This document shows, in pieces, positions 20,508-28,754 of a stretch of DNA of 64,000 bases. Numbering within the stretch: the stretch's first letter is position 1; each line of letters begins with the position of its first letter. Source of the stretch: an uncultured Bacilli bacterium. Lineage in GTDB: Bacteria > Bacillota_I > Bacilli_A > RF39 > UBA660. The notes beneath the pieces were generated by a model, which saw only the letters and a list, made by a program, of their open reading frames with translations, was not told where the DNA came from and ran no database searches. The translations under genes were made by a program, and so were the position numbers. The DNA is taken from NCBI GenBank assembly GCA_934130405.1, contig CAKOXX010000005.1, forward strand, positions 369 through 64,368, in the 5' to 3' direction.

Positions 20508-20536
20508 TTGCAAAATAGAGCGTTTTTTAGTATAAT
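20508..20536 (+). promoter_or_regulatory. Sigma-A-type promoter of giant sigma paralogs 2 and 3
   Basis: TTGCAA (20508-20513), a 17-nt spacer, then TATAAT (20531-20536). The downstream leader ATCTAAGAAATTTTGGAGG closely matches the paralog 1 leader ATGTAAGAAATTTTGAGGG. Confidence 0.6.
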
Positions 20537-20561
20537 ATCTAAGAAATTTTGGAGGAATAAT

Positions 20562-22580
20562 ATGCAGTTAGAAAATACAACAATAAGAAAAATGTCAATC
20601 GAAAAATTGGGAGAATTACTTGCTAAAGATATGAAAAAAATAAGTGAAACTTATTCCTTTGCATTTGCTACTAAAGAAGATGCAATAAATTTAATGAGTT
20701 CATTTCTTAAAGTAGAATATGTAAATATAATTAATAATGATAAAAATGAATGTATAGATTTCTATAGTACTTTTGAAGATGTAATGAATAACTATGTTAG
20801 AACGATTTTTGAAGTAGACTATGAACTAGCATATACAAAATTATTTAATAAGTATATGGAACAAAATGTAGGAGAAATTACTAGTTACAAACAAACACAT
20901 TACGAAATTAAAAAAATAATTAGTTTTTTTAAAACTATTGGTTATCAGCCTTCAGAAATTGTATGTTCAAACATTCTAGAAAGTAATTCTAAATTTTCTA
21001 CTATGATTGGAAAAATAGTAGATAGGTATAAGGAAAAATTAAGTAGTATGAATGCTGAAGAAATTTTTCCTGATTCTACAATGTTATCATTTGTCACTAC
21101 TTATGCTTTTATTAATGAAATAGAATTAAAAACTAAAGCTGAAGAACAAGAAAATATTAATCCTGAAATTTTACCGGATTTAGATATTTATAGTGATGAT
21201 AATGTAAAATTATATATAAAATCCTTACAAAAAACATTATTACCAAATGACCAAAGAAAATTATTTCTTCAATTAAAAGAAGGAGACTTAGATGCTAGAA
21301 AGAAACTAATTGAAACTAATTTAAGATTAGTAGTACCGATAGCATCCTACCACCAAAATAGGGGGGTAGAATTTTTAGATTTGATTCAAGAAGGTAACAT
21401 TGGCTTAATGAAAGCAGTTGATAAATTTGATTGTGAAAGAGGCTGTACCTTTTCAACCTATGCTTATTGGTGGATTAAAAATTATGTTTTAAAAGGAGTT
21501 ATGAAATATAAAAAAACAATTGCCATACCATCTTCTATTCAAGGAATAGTAAACAAATACAATTCAAATTTTAATGAACTAACTAGAAAGCTTAAAAGCT
21601 ATCCTACGCAAAAAGAAGTAATGGAAGAGTTAAATATTACTAATCAACAATTAGATCAAGCTATGATGGTAAATGCTAAAATGTTAAGTTTAGATGAACC
21701 ATTAGGGGTTGATAATGATTTGCCTCTTGGGGAACTTATAGCAACAGATGATTTAAGTATTGAGGAAGAATATGAAAAAAAATCCTTAGAAACTGAGGTG
21801 AGAAATTTACTTAATAGTGATTTGCTAGATGAACGTACTATAGAAATTTTGAAATTAAGAAACGGTTTTTGTAATAATCGTGTATATTCTTGTAGGGAAG
21901 TAGGAGAAATTTTAGGAATTAGTAGACAAAGAGTAGACCAAATAGAAGCGAGAGCTTATAAAAAATTAAGAAATTCTGATTACAGTGATGCCGTACTGGC
22001 CTACTTAGTAAATGGAACTAAAATTAAAGAAAGAATTACTAAAGAAAGGGTAGAAGAATTAGCAGCGAGAAAAGCTAATAGACTTAAAGTAAATCAGGAA
22101 GAAAAACCTGATGTTCGAAAAATCTATGCATACTTTTCTGGTTACCAAAAAGAAGAAATTGCTGAGGTTATCTCATCTTTATCAAAAGAAGATTTAGAAA
22201 TAGTAAAAGGGTTATTTGGTAGTAATTTGAAAAGATTATCTTATCAAAAAAAATCGACTGCTACTAGTTTAGAAAAATATAGTGAACAAATTATTCCAGT
22301 TATTGAAGATAAATTAAATAATGACTATATAAAAGTTTCAAATTACTACATAAAATGTAATGATTTATCATTTGATTATGATAAGACAGAATATCATAGT
22401 TTAGATGATAACCAGTTTGACGAACTAGATAAAGGTAAAATCAACTACGCTAACATAAGAAAAAGTTTATTTGCTTCCTTTCAAACTGATACTTCTGTTT
22501 CTTTTAATAAAAGAAAAGTAAGAAAACAAACATTACAAAATAAAAAAGGTGAACAACCTAAAATACTAATATATAAATAA
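20562..22580 (+). CDS. Giant sigma-70-family protein, paralog 2 (672 aa from ATG 20562)
   Basis: I chose ATG 20562 (MQLENTTIRKMSIEKLGELLAKDMKK), which aligns with the starts of paralogs 1 and 3. The core contains [20 protein letters not shown] and FSTYAYWWIKNY. The RTxRxPVH element is degenerate (KTIAIPSS). Region 4.2 reads ISRQRVDQIEARAYKKL. Confidence 0.8.
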   Translation: MQLENTTIRKMSIEKLGELLAKDMKKISETYSFAFATKEDAINLMSSFLKVEYVNIINNDKNECIDFYSTFEDVMNNYVRTIFEVDYELAYTKLFNKYMEQNVGEITSYKQTHYEIKKIISFFKTIGYQPSEIVCSNILESNSKFSTMIGKIVDRYKEKLSSMNAEEIFPDSTMLSFVTTYAFINEIELKTKAEEQENINPEILPDLDIYSDDNVKLYIKSLQKTLLPNDQRKLFLQLKEGDLDARKKLIETNLRLVVPIASYHQNRGVEFLDLIQEGNIGLMKAVDKFDCERGCTFSTYAYWWIKNYVLKGVMKYKKTIAIPSSIQGIVNKYNSNFNELTRKLKSYPTQKEVMEELNITNQQLDQAMMVNAKMLSLDEPLGVDNDLPLGELIATDDLSIEEEYEKKSLETEVRNLLNSDLLDERTIEILKLRNGFCNNRVYSCREVGEILGISRQRVDQIEARAYKKLRNSDYSDAVLAYLVNGTKIKERITKERVEELAARKANRLKVNQEEKPDVRKIYAYFSGYQKEEIAEVISSLSKEDLEIVKGLFGSNLKRLSYQKKSTATSLEKYSEQIIPVIEDKLNNDYIKVSNYYIKCNDLSFDYDKTEYHSLDDNQFDELDKGKINYANIRKSLFASFQTDTSVSFNKRKVRKQTLQNKKGEQPKILIYK

Positions 22581-22604
22581 TGATACTTAACAGGGGGGAG
22601 TATT

Positions 22605-24623
22605 ATGCAATTAGAAAGTACAATAATTAAAAAGTCTTCAGTAGATGAGTTAACAGAATTGCTAGCCAAAGATATTAAAAAAATCAGTGATGAATATTCT
22701 TTTGCTTTTGACTCAACTGACAAAGCAATTACATTAATGAATCTTTTTATTAAGAAAAAATATGTAAAAATCATTAATAGTTCTAAAGAAGAGAAATTTG
22801 ATTTTCATAAAATTTTAGAAAATGTAATGAATAACTATGTTAATAGCATTTTTTCAAGAGAAGACGATGAAGAATATATAAAATTATTTAATAAATATAT
22901 AGAAGCAAAGATAGGAAAAATTACTAATTATAAAGAAGTTCATTATGAATTGGAAAAAGTCGTTTCCCTCTTTGAAACTATTGATTATCACCCATCAGAA
23001 ATTATGTCAACCACACTTTTGAAAAAAAATTCGAAGTTTTCTGCTATGATTGGAGAAGTAGTAAAAAAATTCAGTAGGAGAATAGCTAAATCTAATATTG
23101 AAGATGTTTTTCCGGATTCCATAATGTTATCTTTTGTGTCAGCATATGCCTATCTAAATAAAATAGCCTTAAAAACAGAAGAAAACATTGTAGAAGAATC
23201 ACCAGTTAAGCAAAAAAATGAAAGTTATGTAGATAATGATGTAACTTTATATATGCAAAGTATACCAAAACAATTAAAATCTGATGAAGAAAGAGAATTA
23301 TTTATACAAATGAAACTTGGTGATTTAGAAGCACGAGATAAGTTGGTAAAAGGGAATTTAAGATTAGTAGTTTCAATTGCTAAACGATATTTAGATAAAG
23401 GTGTGCCATTTTTGGATTTAATCCAAGAAGGAAATCTTGGTTTAATAAAATCTGTTGAAAGATTTGATTATGAAAGAGGCTGTACCTTTTCAACATACGC
23501 AACCTGGTGGATTAAACAGTATATTTCAAATAGTATTATGAATGATGGAAGAACAGTTAGAATACCAGTTCATATTCATGAAAAATTAGCAAAATACAAT
23601 AAAGTATATAGCAAGCTATCAAAAAAACTTAATAGAAATCCAACTCCAGAAGAAGTAGCACAAGAGATGAATCTTACAGATAATCAAATATATAATATTA
23701 TGGCAGCAACTACTGGAATATTAAGTTTAGATGAACCAGTAAAAGAGGATAGTGATGATACTCTTGCAAAATTTTTAGCATCTGATGAATTAAGTATAGA
23801 AGAACAATATGAAAAAAGTTCTTTAGCAAAAGATGTAAATGATTTACTTGATAATGTTTTACTAAAAAAACGTGATATTGAAATTATTAAATTGCGTAAT
23901 GGATTTTATAATAATAGAAAATATAGCTTGAAAGAAATTGCAAAAATTTTTGATATTTCTAGTGAACGTGTTCGACAGATAGAAGCAAAAGCTTATGAAA
24001 TTTTAAGAAATCCTAAATATTCTTCTAATATAGTCGAATACTTAGAAAACTCTGATTCTATTAAGAATAGAATTGCTAAAGAACTAGAAGCTCAAAGAAT
24101 AAAAAAAGAAACTGATAAAAATAGAATCAATAGTGAAAAAATAACAGGCGTAAAAAAAATATATTCACGTCTTAATGGCTATACAAGGAAAGAAATAGCA
24201 GAAGTTATAGCATCTTTACCAGAAGTGGATATAGAAGCAGTTTATGATGTCTTTGGTCATCGCTTGGAAAAACTTTGTTATAGAAATTCGTCCTTAGAAA
24301 CTAATAGAGAAAAGATTAGTAATCAAATTTTAGATTCTATTGAAGAAAAATTAGCAACTGATTATATTAGAGTAATAAATTATTGTAAAAATTGTAGTGG
24401 TGTTCATTTTGATTATGATGCGGTAGAAGTACCTAATAGTTTTAGTGAAACTAGTTATGATATAGAAGAATTAAGATGTAGCCAAAATCTTATAAGCAAA
24501 TCTTTACGTGCTTCTATACAAGAAAATATTGGTACAAATACTTTAACTACTAATAAAGTACTAACTAAGCATAAATCATTAAATAATAAAAACACTCACC
24601 AAAAAGTATTAATATATAAATAA
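22605..24623 (+). CDS. Giant sigma-70-family protein, paralog 3 (672 aa)
   Basis: It lies 24 nt after paralog 2 with a GGGGGGAG RBS. The core contains [54 protein letters not shown] and ISSERVRQIEAKAYEIL. It has the same N- and C-terminal domains as paralogs 1 and 2. Confidence 0.8.
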   Translation: MQLESTIIKKSSVDELTELLAKDIKKISDEYSFAFDSTDKAITLMNLFIKKKYVKIINSSKEEKFDFHKILENVMNNYVNSIFSREDDEEYIKLFNKYIEAKIGKITNYKEVHYELEKVVSLFETIDYHPSEIMSTTLLKKNSKFSAMIGEVVKKFSRRIAKSNIEDVFPDSIMLSFVSAYAYLNKIALKTEENIVEESPVKQKNESYVDNDVTLYMQSIPKQLKSDEERELFIQMKLGDLEARDKLVKGNLRLVVSIAKRYLDKGVPFLDLIQEGNLGLIKSVERFDYERGCTFSTYATWWIKQYISNSIMNDGRTVRIPVHIHEKLAKYNKVYSKLSKKLNRNPTPEEVAQEMNLTDNQIYNIMAATTGILSLDEPVKEDSDDTLAKFLASDELSIEEQYEKSSLAKDVNDLLDNVLLKKRDIEIIKLRNGFYNNRKYSLKEIAKIFDISSERVRQIEAKAYEILRNPKYSSNIVEYLENSDSIKNRIAKELEAQRIKKETDKNRINSEKITGVKKIYSRLNGYTRKEIAEVIASLPEVDIEAVYDVFGHRLEKLCYRNSSLETNREKISNQILDSIEEKLATDYIRVINYCKNCSGVHFDYDAVEVPNSFSETSYDIEELRCSQNLISKSLRASIQENIGTNTLTTNKVLTKHKSLNNKNTHQKVLIYK

Positions 24624-24652
24624 GGAGATTTAACAAAATTCTTCTTTTTTTC

Positions 24653-24680
24653 TTGACTTAAATTTTAATTATGATATTAT
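24653..24680 (+). promoter_or_regulatory. Putative promoter of the fur-family/rubrerythrin operon
   Basis: TTGACT (24653-24658), a 16-nt spacer ending in TGa, then TATTAT (24675-24680). Confidence 0.5.
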
Positions 24681-24685
24681 ATTAA

Positions 24686-24702
24686 TTGATAATAATTATC
24701 AA
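24686..24702. promoter_or_regulatory. Perfect Fur/PerR-type 7-1-7 box (TTGATAAT-A-ATTATCAA)
   Basis: An exact 8-1-8 palindrome. Its core TGATAATAATTATCA equals the classical Bacillus Fur-box consensus TGATAATNATTATCA. It sits just downstream of the -10 box of the fur-family gene. Confidence 0.7.
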
Positions 24703-24716
24703 TAAGGGCTGATTTT

Positions 24717-25097
24717 ATGGAGAGATTAACTAAGCAAAAACAACTCATTTATGAAGTATTGAAGGAATGTCATTTACATCCAACATTACTAGAACTTACT
24801 GAGCTAGTCAAAGAAAAAGACTCTAATATTGGTCAAGCTACTGTTTATCGAACTATCAACAAATTAGTAGAAAAGGGTGAAGTAGCTAAACTAGTATCAG
24901 TTGATCATAATTATCGTTACGATATTAGTAAAGACCACTATCACTTTCAGTGCACTAACTGTGGAGTAATAGAAGATATATTTTATAGTAGTGAAGAGCT
25001 AAAAAAAATAAAAGAGTTATTTAAAAATCAAAATATTAACAGTATTGATTTAATTGGTTATGGTCTTTGTAAAAAATGTTCTAAGGATAATTGTTAA
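24717..25097 (+). CDS. Fur-family transcriptional repressor, probably PerR-like given the linked rubrerythrin
   Basis: 126 aa with a winged-helix N-terminus (ATVYRTINKLVEKG), two CxxC pairs (CTNCG and CKKCS) and a HYHF motif. Confidence 0.85.
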   Translation: MERLTKQKQLIYEVLKECHLHPTLLELTELVKEKDSNIGQATVYRTINKLVEKGEVAKLVSVDHNYRYDISKDHYHFQCTNCGVIEDIFYSSEELKKIKELFKNQNINSIDLIGYGLCKKCSKDNC

Positions 25098-25115
25098 GAG
25101 AAAGAAGGTATAAAA

Positions 25116-25658
25116 ATGGAACTAAAAGGAAGTAAAACAGAACAAAACTTAATGACAGCATTCGCAGGAGAAAGTCAAGCTAGAAATAAGTATACTTACT
25201 ATGCTTCAAAAGCTAGAAAAGATGGTTATGAACAAATAGCAGCTATTTTTGAAGAAACAGCTAATAATGAAAAAGAACACGCTAAACTTTGGTTTAAACA
25301 ATTACATGGTGGAGAAATTCCTGATACTATGCAAAACTTAGAAGATGCAGCAGCTGGTGAAAACTATGAATGGACAGAAATGTACAAAGAATTTGCTGAA
25401 GTTGCTCGTCAAGAAGGTTTTGACAGAATAGCATATTTATTTGAAAGTGTTGGAAAAATCGAAGCAGAACACGAAAAAAGATATTTAACTCTATTAAGAA
25501 ATGTTAAAGATGATAAAGTATTCCATAAAGATGGTGATAAGATTTGGATTTGTCGTAATTGTGGACATGTTTATGTTGGAAAAGATGCTTTAGATGTATG
25601 TCCAGTATGTAATCATAAACAAAGTTTTATGGAAGTAAAAGCTGAAAATTACGAATAG
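25116..25658 (+). CDS. rbr: Rubrerythrin
   Basis: 180 aa with a ferritin-like diiron domain (EExxH-type motifs ANNEKEHAKLW and EAEHEKRY) and a C-terminal rubredoxin-like CRNCGH...CPVCNH. Confidence 0.9.
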   Translation: MELKGSKTEQNLMTAFAGESQARNKYTYYASKARKDGYEQIAAIFEETANNEKEHAKLWFKQLHGGEIPDTMQNLEDAAAGENYEWTEMYKEFAEVARQEGFDRIAYLFESVGKIEAEHEKRYLTLLRNVKDDKVFHKDGDKIWICRNCGHVYVGKDALDVCPVCNHKQSFMEVKAENYE

Positions 25659-25717
25659 GCATAAAAAATTAAATTTTTTAAAAAAATGTAATTTTGCAAA
25701 TTCAGGCCTAAATTTTC

Positions 25718-25761
25718 CTGAAAATAGCAAATTCCATAACTGAAAATGCCAAATTCGGCAA
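25718..25761 (+). repeat. Tandem 22-bp direct repeat (CTGAAAATAGCAAATTCCATAA / CTGAAAATGCCAAATTCGGCAA)
   Basis: Read directly from the sequence. A third related GCAAATTC copy lies at ~25695. The repeat sits upstream of the Rpn-family gene. Confidence 0.5.
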
Positions 25762-25948
25762 AAAAGAAGGGTGAATTTTAAAAATTCGGTGTTTGCTCTT
25801 CTTTTTTATATGTGTTAGATTATGTCTCACCGAAGGGAGGTGAGAGAATATTGTAAAATTAGATAACGATAGAGTTTTAAAGTTAAAAGAAAAACTCTTA
25901 AGAGAACATAAGGTTATACCAGCTACCCAAGACTCTGTTTTTAAGATA

Positions 25949-26791
25949 GTGATGACTTCTTGTCCTAATTATCTTTCTTTTCTAATTAGTGAATTTACAG
26001 GTGTATCAAAAGAAGATATTAAACGTAAATTAGTGATTAAGAATAATGAACTTAATCTAAGTAATGCTAAAGAAAAAAGAAAAATCTCTGATTTTATTGT
26101 TGGTATTGATAAGTTATTAGTTAATATCGAAATGAATGGCAAATATTATGAATGGTTATTCATGCGAAATGATGCTTATCTAGGAAAGATTGAAGGAGAA
26201 AGTTTAAACTCTGGTAATGATTATAGTACCCTTTATTCGTTTTTACAGATTAATCTAAATAATTTTACTTACTTTAAAGGTAATGATTCAACATTAGAAT
26301 TTGTTTATACTGATAAAAAAAGTAAACAAATTGAAACGGAAAAAGTTAAAAAATATCATATCAGTCTTCCAAAACTAGCTAAGAAATACTATAATGGAGC
26401 TAGATTAAGTAAGCTTGAAAAAGCGTTACTTATACTAAAAATTGATAAGATTAGTGATTTAGAAAAATTAGGGAAAGGAGATAATGACTTGATGGAAGCA
26501 GTAGGAAGAATAAAAGAAGCTTCTCTTGATATTAATACGATTGGCCTTTATGATGCTGACATGGAGCGCGAAAGAATTGAAAATGGTATTAGAAGTATAT
26601 CATTTAAAGCCGGCGATAAACATGGATTCAGTCGAGGTGTTGAATATGGACTTGAGCAAGGACTTGAGCAAGGAAGCACAAAAGAAAGAATTTTTATAAT
26701 TAGTGCAATGCTTAATAACGGAATGAGTCAGGAAGAAGTTACTAGGATGACTGGTATACCAATAAAAGAAGTAAAAGCGATAAAACTCTAG
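25949..26791 (+). CDS. Rpn-family recombination-promoting nuclease / putative transposase (PD-(D/E)XK, YhgA-like)
   Basis: The N-terminal pattern is DSVFKIVM...FLISEF...SDFIV...VNIEMN, and the C-terminal repeats are ERGxEQG-like with an HTH-like tail (MSQEEVTRMTGIPIKEVKAIKL). The frame is open upstream to 25844, so the true N-terminus is uncertain. Confidence 0.65.
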   Translation: MMTSCPNYLSFLISEFTGVSKEDIKRKLVIKNNELNLSNAKEKRKISDFIVGIDKLLVNIEMNGKYYEWLFMRNDAYLGKIEGESLNSGNDYSTLYSFLQINLNNFTYFKGNDSTLEFVYTDKKSKQIETEKVKKYHISLPKLAKKYYNGARLSKLEKALLILKIDKISDLEKLGKGDNDLMEAVGRIKEASLDINTIGLYDADMERERIENGIRSISFKAGDKHGFSRGVEYGLEQGLEQGSTKERIFIISAMLNNGMSQEEVTRMTGIPIKEVKAIKL

Positions 26792-26900
26792 GTTTTATCC
26801 TTTTCTTTTGCTAAGAAGTATAACGGGAAAAGATAAAAGTTATTAATTATAAACAAAACACAATAAGATAGTATTATAATGTAACTAATTAAGTAGACAT

Positions 26901-27263
26901 GAAAAGGCTCTACTTATATTAAGAGTTGATAAAGTTAGTGATTTAGAAAAACTAGGAGAAGGAGATGAAGATTTAATGGAAGCAGTTGGAAGAATAGGGG
27001 AATCTTCGCTTGATATTAATACTATTGGACTTTACGATGCTGATTTGGAACGAGAGAAAATAGAAAATGGTATCAGAAACATATCATTTAAAGCTGGTGA
27101 GCAGCATGGATTTAATCGTGGAATCGAACGTGGAATTGAACAAGGAAGTATGCAAAAGCAAACTACAATAATTAGTGCAATGCTTAACAATGGATTCAGT
27201 CAAGAGGAAATATCTAAAATTACTAATATCCCAATAAAAGAAGTAAAAACGGTTAAATTTTAG
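26901..27263 (+). pseudogene. Truncated 3' copy (~120 codons) of the Rpn-family gene
   Basis: The in-frame translation EKALLILRVDKVSDLEKLGEGDEDLMEAVGRIGESSLDINTIGLYDADLEREKIENGIRNISFKAGEQHGF... parallels the C-terminal third of the 25949 gene. The nuclease N-terminal part is absent. Confidence 0.6.
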
Positions 27264-27286
27264 GCCGTGTTTCAGTGGAAAAAAGA

Positions 27287-27315
27287 TTGATTTCTTAAAA
27301 GCAATATAGTAAAAT
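27287..27315 (+). promoter_or_regulatory. Putative promoter of frr
   Basis: TTGATT (27287-27292), a 17-nt spacer, then TAAAAT (27310-27315). Confidence 0.45.
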
Positions 27316-27331
27316 TGTGTTGAGGAGAGAT

Positions 27332-27877
27332 ATGATGAATCAAGAAATAGATAATGCAGTAGAAAAAATGAGAGCAACTGTAAATAACTTAGAAAAAAAA
27401 TTTGGAGCAGTAAGAGCAGGAAGAGCTAATCCTTCTAGTTTAGATGGTGTTATGGTTGAATATTATGGACAAATGACACCATTAAAACAATTAGGTACCA
27501 TCTCAGTTCCAGAAGGAAATCAACTATTAATTAAACCATTTGATAAAAGCTGTCTAAAAGAAATGGAAAAAGCAATTATAGCAGCTAACTTAGGATATAA
27601 TCCTAGTAATGATGGAGAAACTATTAGAATAGTAGTACCAGCACTTACAGAAGAGAGAAGAAAAGAACTTGTTAAACAAGTAAAAGCTCTAGCAGAAGAA
27701 GCAAAAGTTGCTATTAGAAATATTCGTCGTGATGCTAATGACAAAATTGAAAAAGAAGAATTAGCGGAAGATGAAGAAAAAAGTTTAAAAAATGATATTC
27801 AAGACTTAGTTAATGAATATAATAAAGATATTGAAAGACTTCTTAAAGAAAAAGAACAAGAGTTAATGACAATTTAA
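27332..27877 (+). CDS. frr: Ribosome recycling factor
   Basis: About 181 aa from ATG 27332, after GAGGAGAG. The motifs VRAGRANPSLLD-like (VRAGRANPSSLDGV), IPALTEERRKELVK and IRNIRRDAND are typical of Frr. Confidence 0.93.
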   Translation: MMNQEIDNAVEKMRATVNNLEKKFGAVRAGRANPSSLDGVMVEYYGQMTPLKQLGTISVPEGNQLLIKPFDKSCLKEMEKAIIAANLGYNPSNDGETIRIVVPALTEERRKELVKQVKALAEEAKVAIRNIRRDANDKIEKEELAEDEEKSLKNDIQDLVNEYNKDIERLLKEKEQELMTI

Positions 27878-27902
27878 TAAATTTGTGATAGTATAAACAT
27901 TA

Positions 27903-28110
27903 AATCAATGAGAAGGAAGTAGTAAAAGATTAATAAAAGTAAAAGAGAGATTATGGTTGGTGTAAATAATCCTTTTATCCTTTGAATTCATCCTTTGAGT
28001 CTTAAAGCAAAACTTTAAGCGTTACTCGCGTTAAGAGATTAGAGTGTATAGAAAACTATAAAATAAGGTGGTACCACGGATATGTTTCGTCCTTAGTTTA
28101 TAGTTTTTCT
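27903..28110 (+). promoter_or_regulatory. T-box leader (Phe specifier UUC) with an intrinsic terminator
   Basis: The stem I start AATGAGAAGGAAGTAGTA and an AGAGAG box are present. The specifier context is GAAUUCA (UUC at 27987-27989). The T-box sequence AAGGTGGTACCACGG lies at ~28065-28079. The terminator is GAAAACTATAAA...TTTATAGTTTTC followed by a T-run (28051-28108). Downstream are a HAD gene, pheS and pheT. Confidence 0.75.
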
Positions 28111-28129
28111 TTTGTTAGGGGGATAATTT

Positions 28130-28753
28130 ATGCGAAAATTTATTTGGGATTTAGATGAAACACTATTAAGTGCAGATTTTAGAAAAGAAGATGACTTTTT
28201 TAAAGAACAAATACTTGATGAAAAAGTAGATGAATTTATTAGAAGTAAAGTTAAATATTTAATGGAATACGAAAGAACGTTTTTTAAATATGACATAAAG
28301 TTATTAAGTGAATTTCTAACACTTAGAAGTGGACTTAAGATAGATGAAAATCTAATTGAATATTGGAATGAACATAATAAAAATATTCCTGACGTAATAC
28401 ATGATGGAGCAGAAGAAGTACTTTCTTATTTACATAGTAAAGGTTATCAAAATATTCTTTATACTAATTGGTTTAAAGATGTTCAAAAAGAAAGATTAAG
28501 AAGAGCTAATCTATTAGAATACTTTAGTGAAATATATGGTGGAGATTTTGCTATTAAACCTAACGCTATTGGGTATAAGAAAATAATTAAAGATGTAAAT
28601 CCTAATGAAACAGTTATGATAGGTGATAATATTATAAATGATGTTTTAGTTCCAAGAAGTATTGGGATAACTTCATATCATTATGACCCTTTAGATAAAA
28701 ATAATGATAAAAATAAAATTAAAACATTAAAGAAAATAAAGGAGATGTATTAA
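28130..28753 (+). CDS. HAD-superfamily hydrolase
   Basis: 207 aa with motif I (WDLDETL) and motif IV (IGDNIINDV). It lies between the T-box leader and pheS, and pheS starts 2 nt after its stop. Confidence 0.7.
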   Translation: MRKFIWDLDETLLSADFRKEDDFFKEQILDEKVDEFIRSKVKYLMEYERTFFKYDIKLLSEFLTLRSGLKIDENLIEYWNEHNKNIPDVIHDGAEEVLSYLHSKGYQNILYTNWFKDVQKERLRRANLLEYFSEIYGGDFAIKPNAIGYKKIIKDVNPNETVMIGDNIINDVLVPRSIGITSYHYDPLDKNNDKNKIKTLKKIKEMY

Positions 28754-28754
28754 A

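Noticed and set aside
16472-24623. The three giant sigma genes as assembly duplications or misjoins of sigA
   Set aside because: The three copies differ substantially from each other and from sigA at both the nucleotide and protein level, while sharing unique N- and C-terminal domains. Each has its own RBS and start context, and an unrelated 638-aa gene separates copy 1 from copy 2. These are true diverged paralogs.
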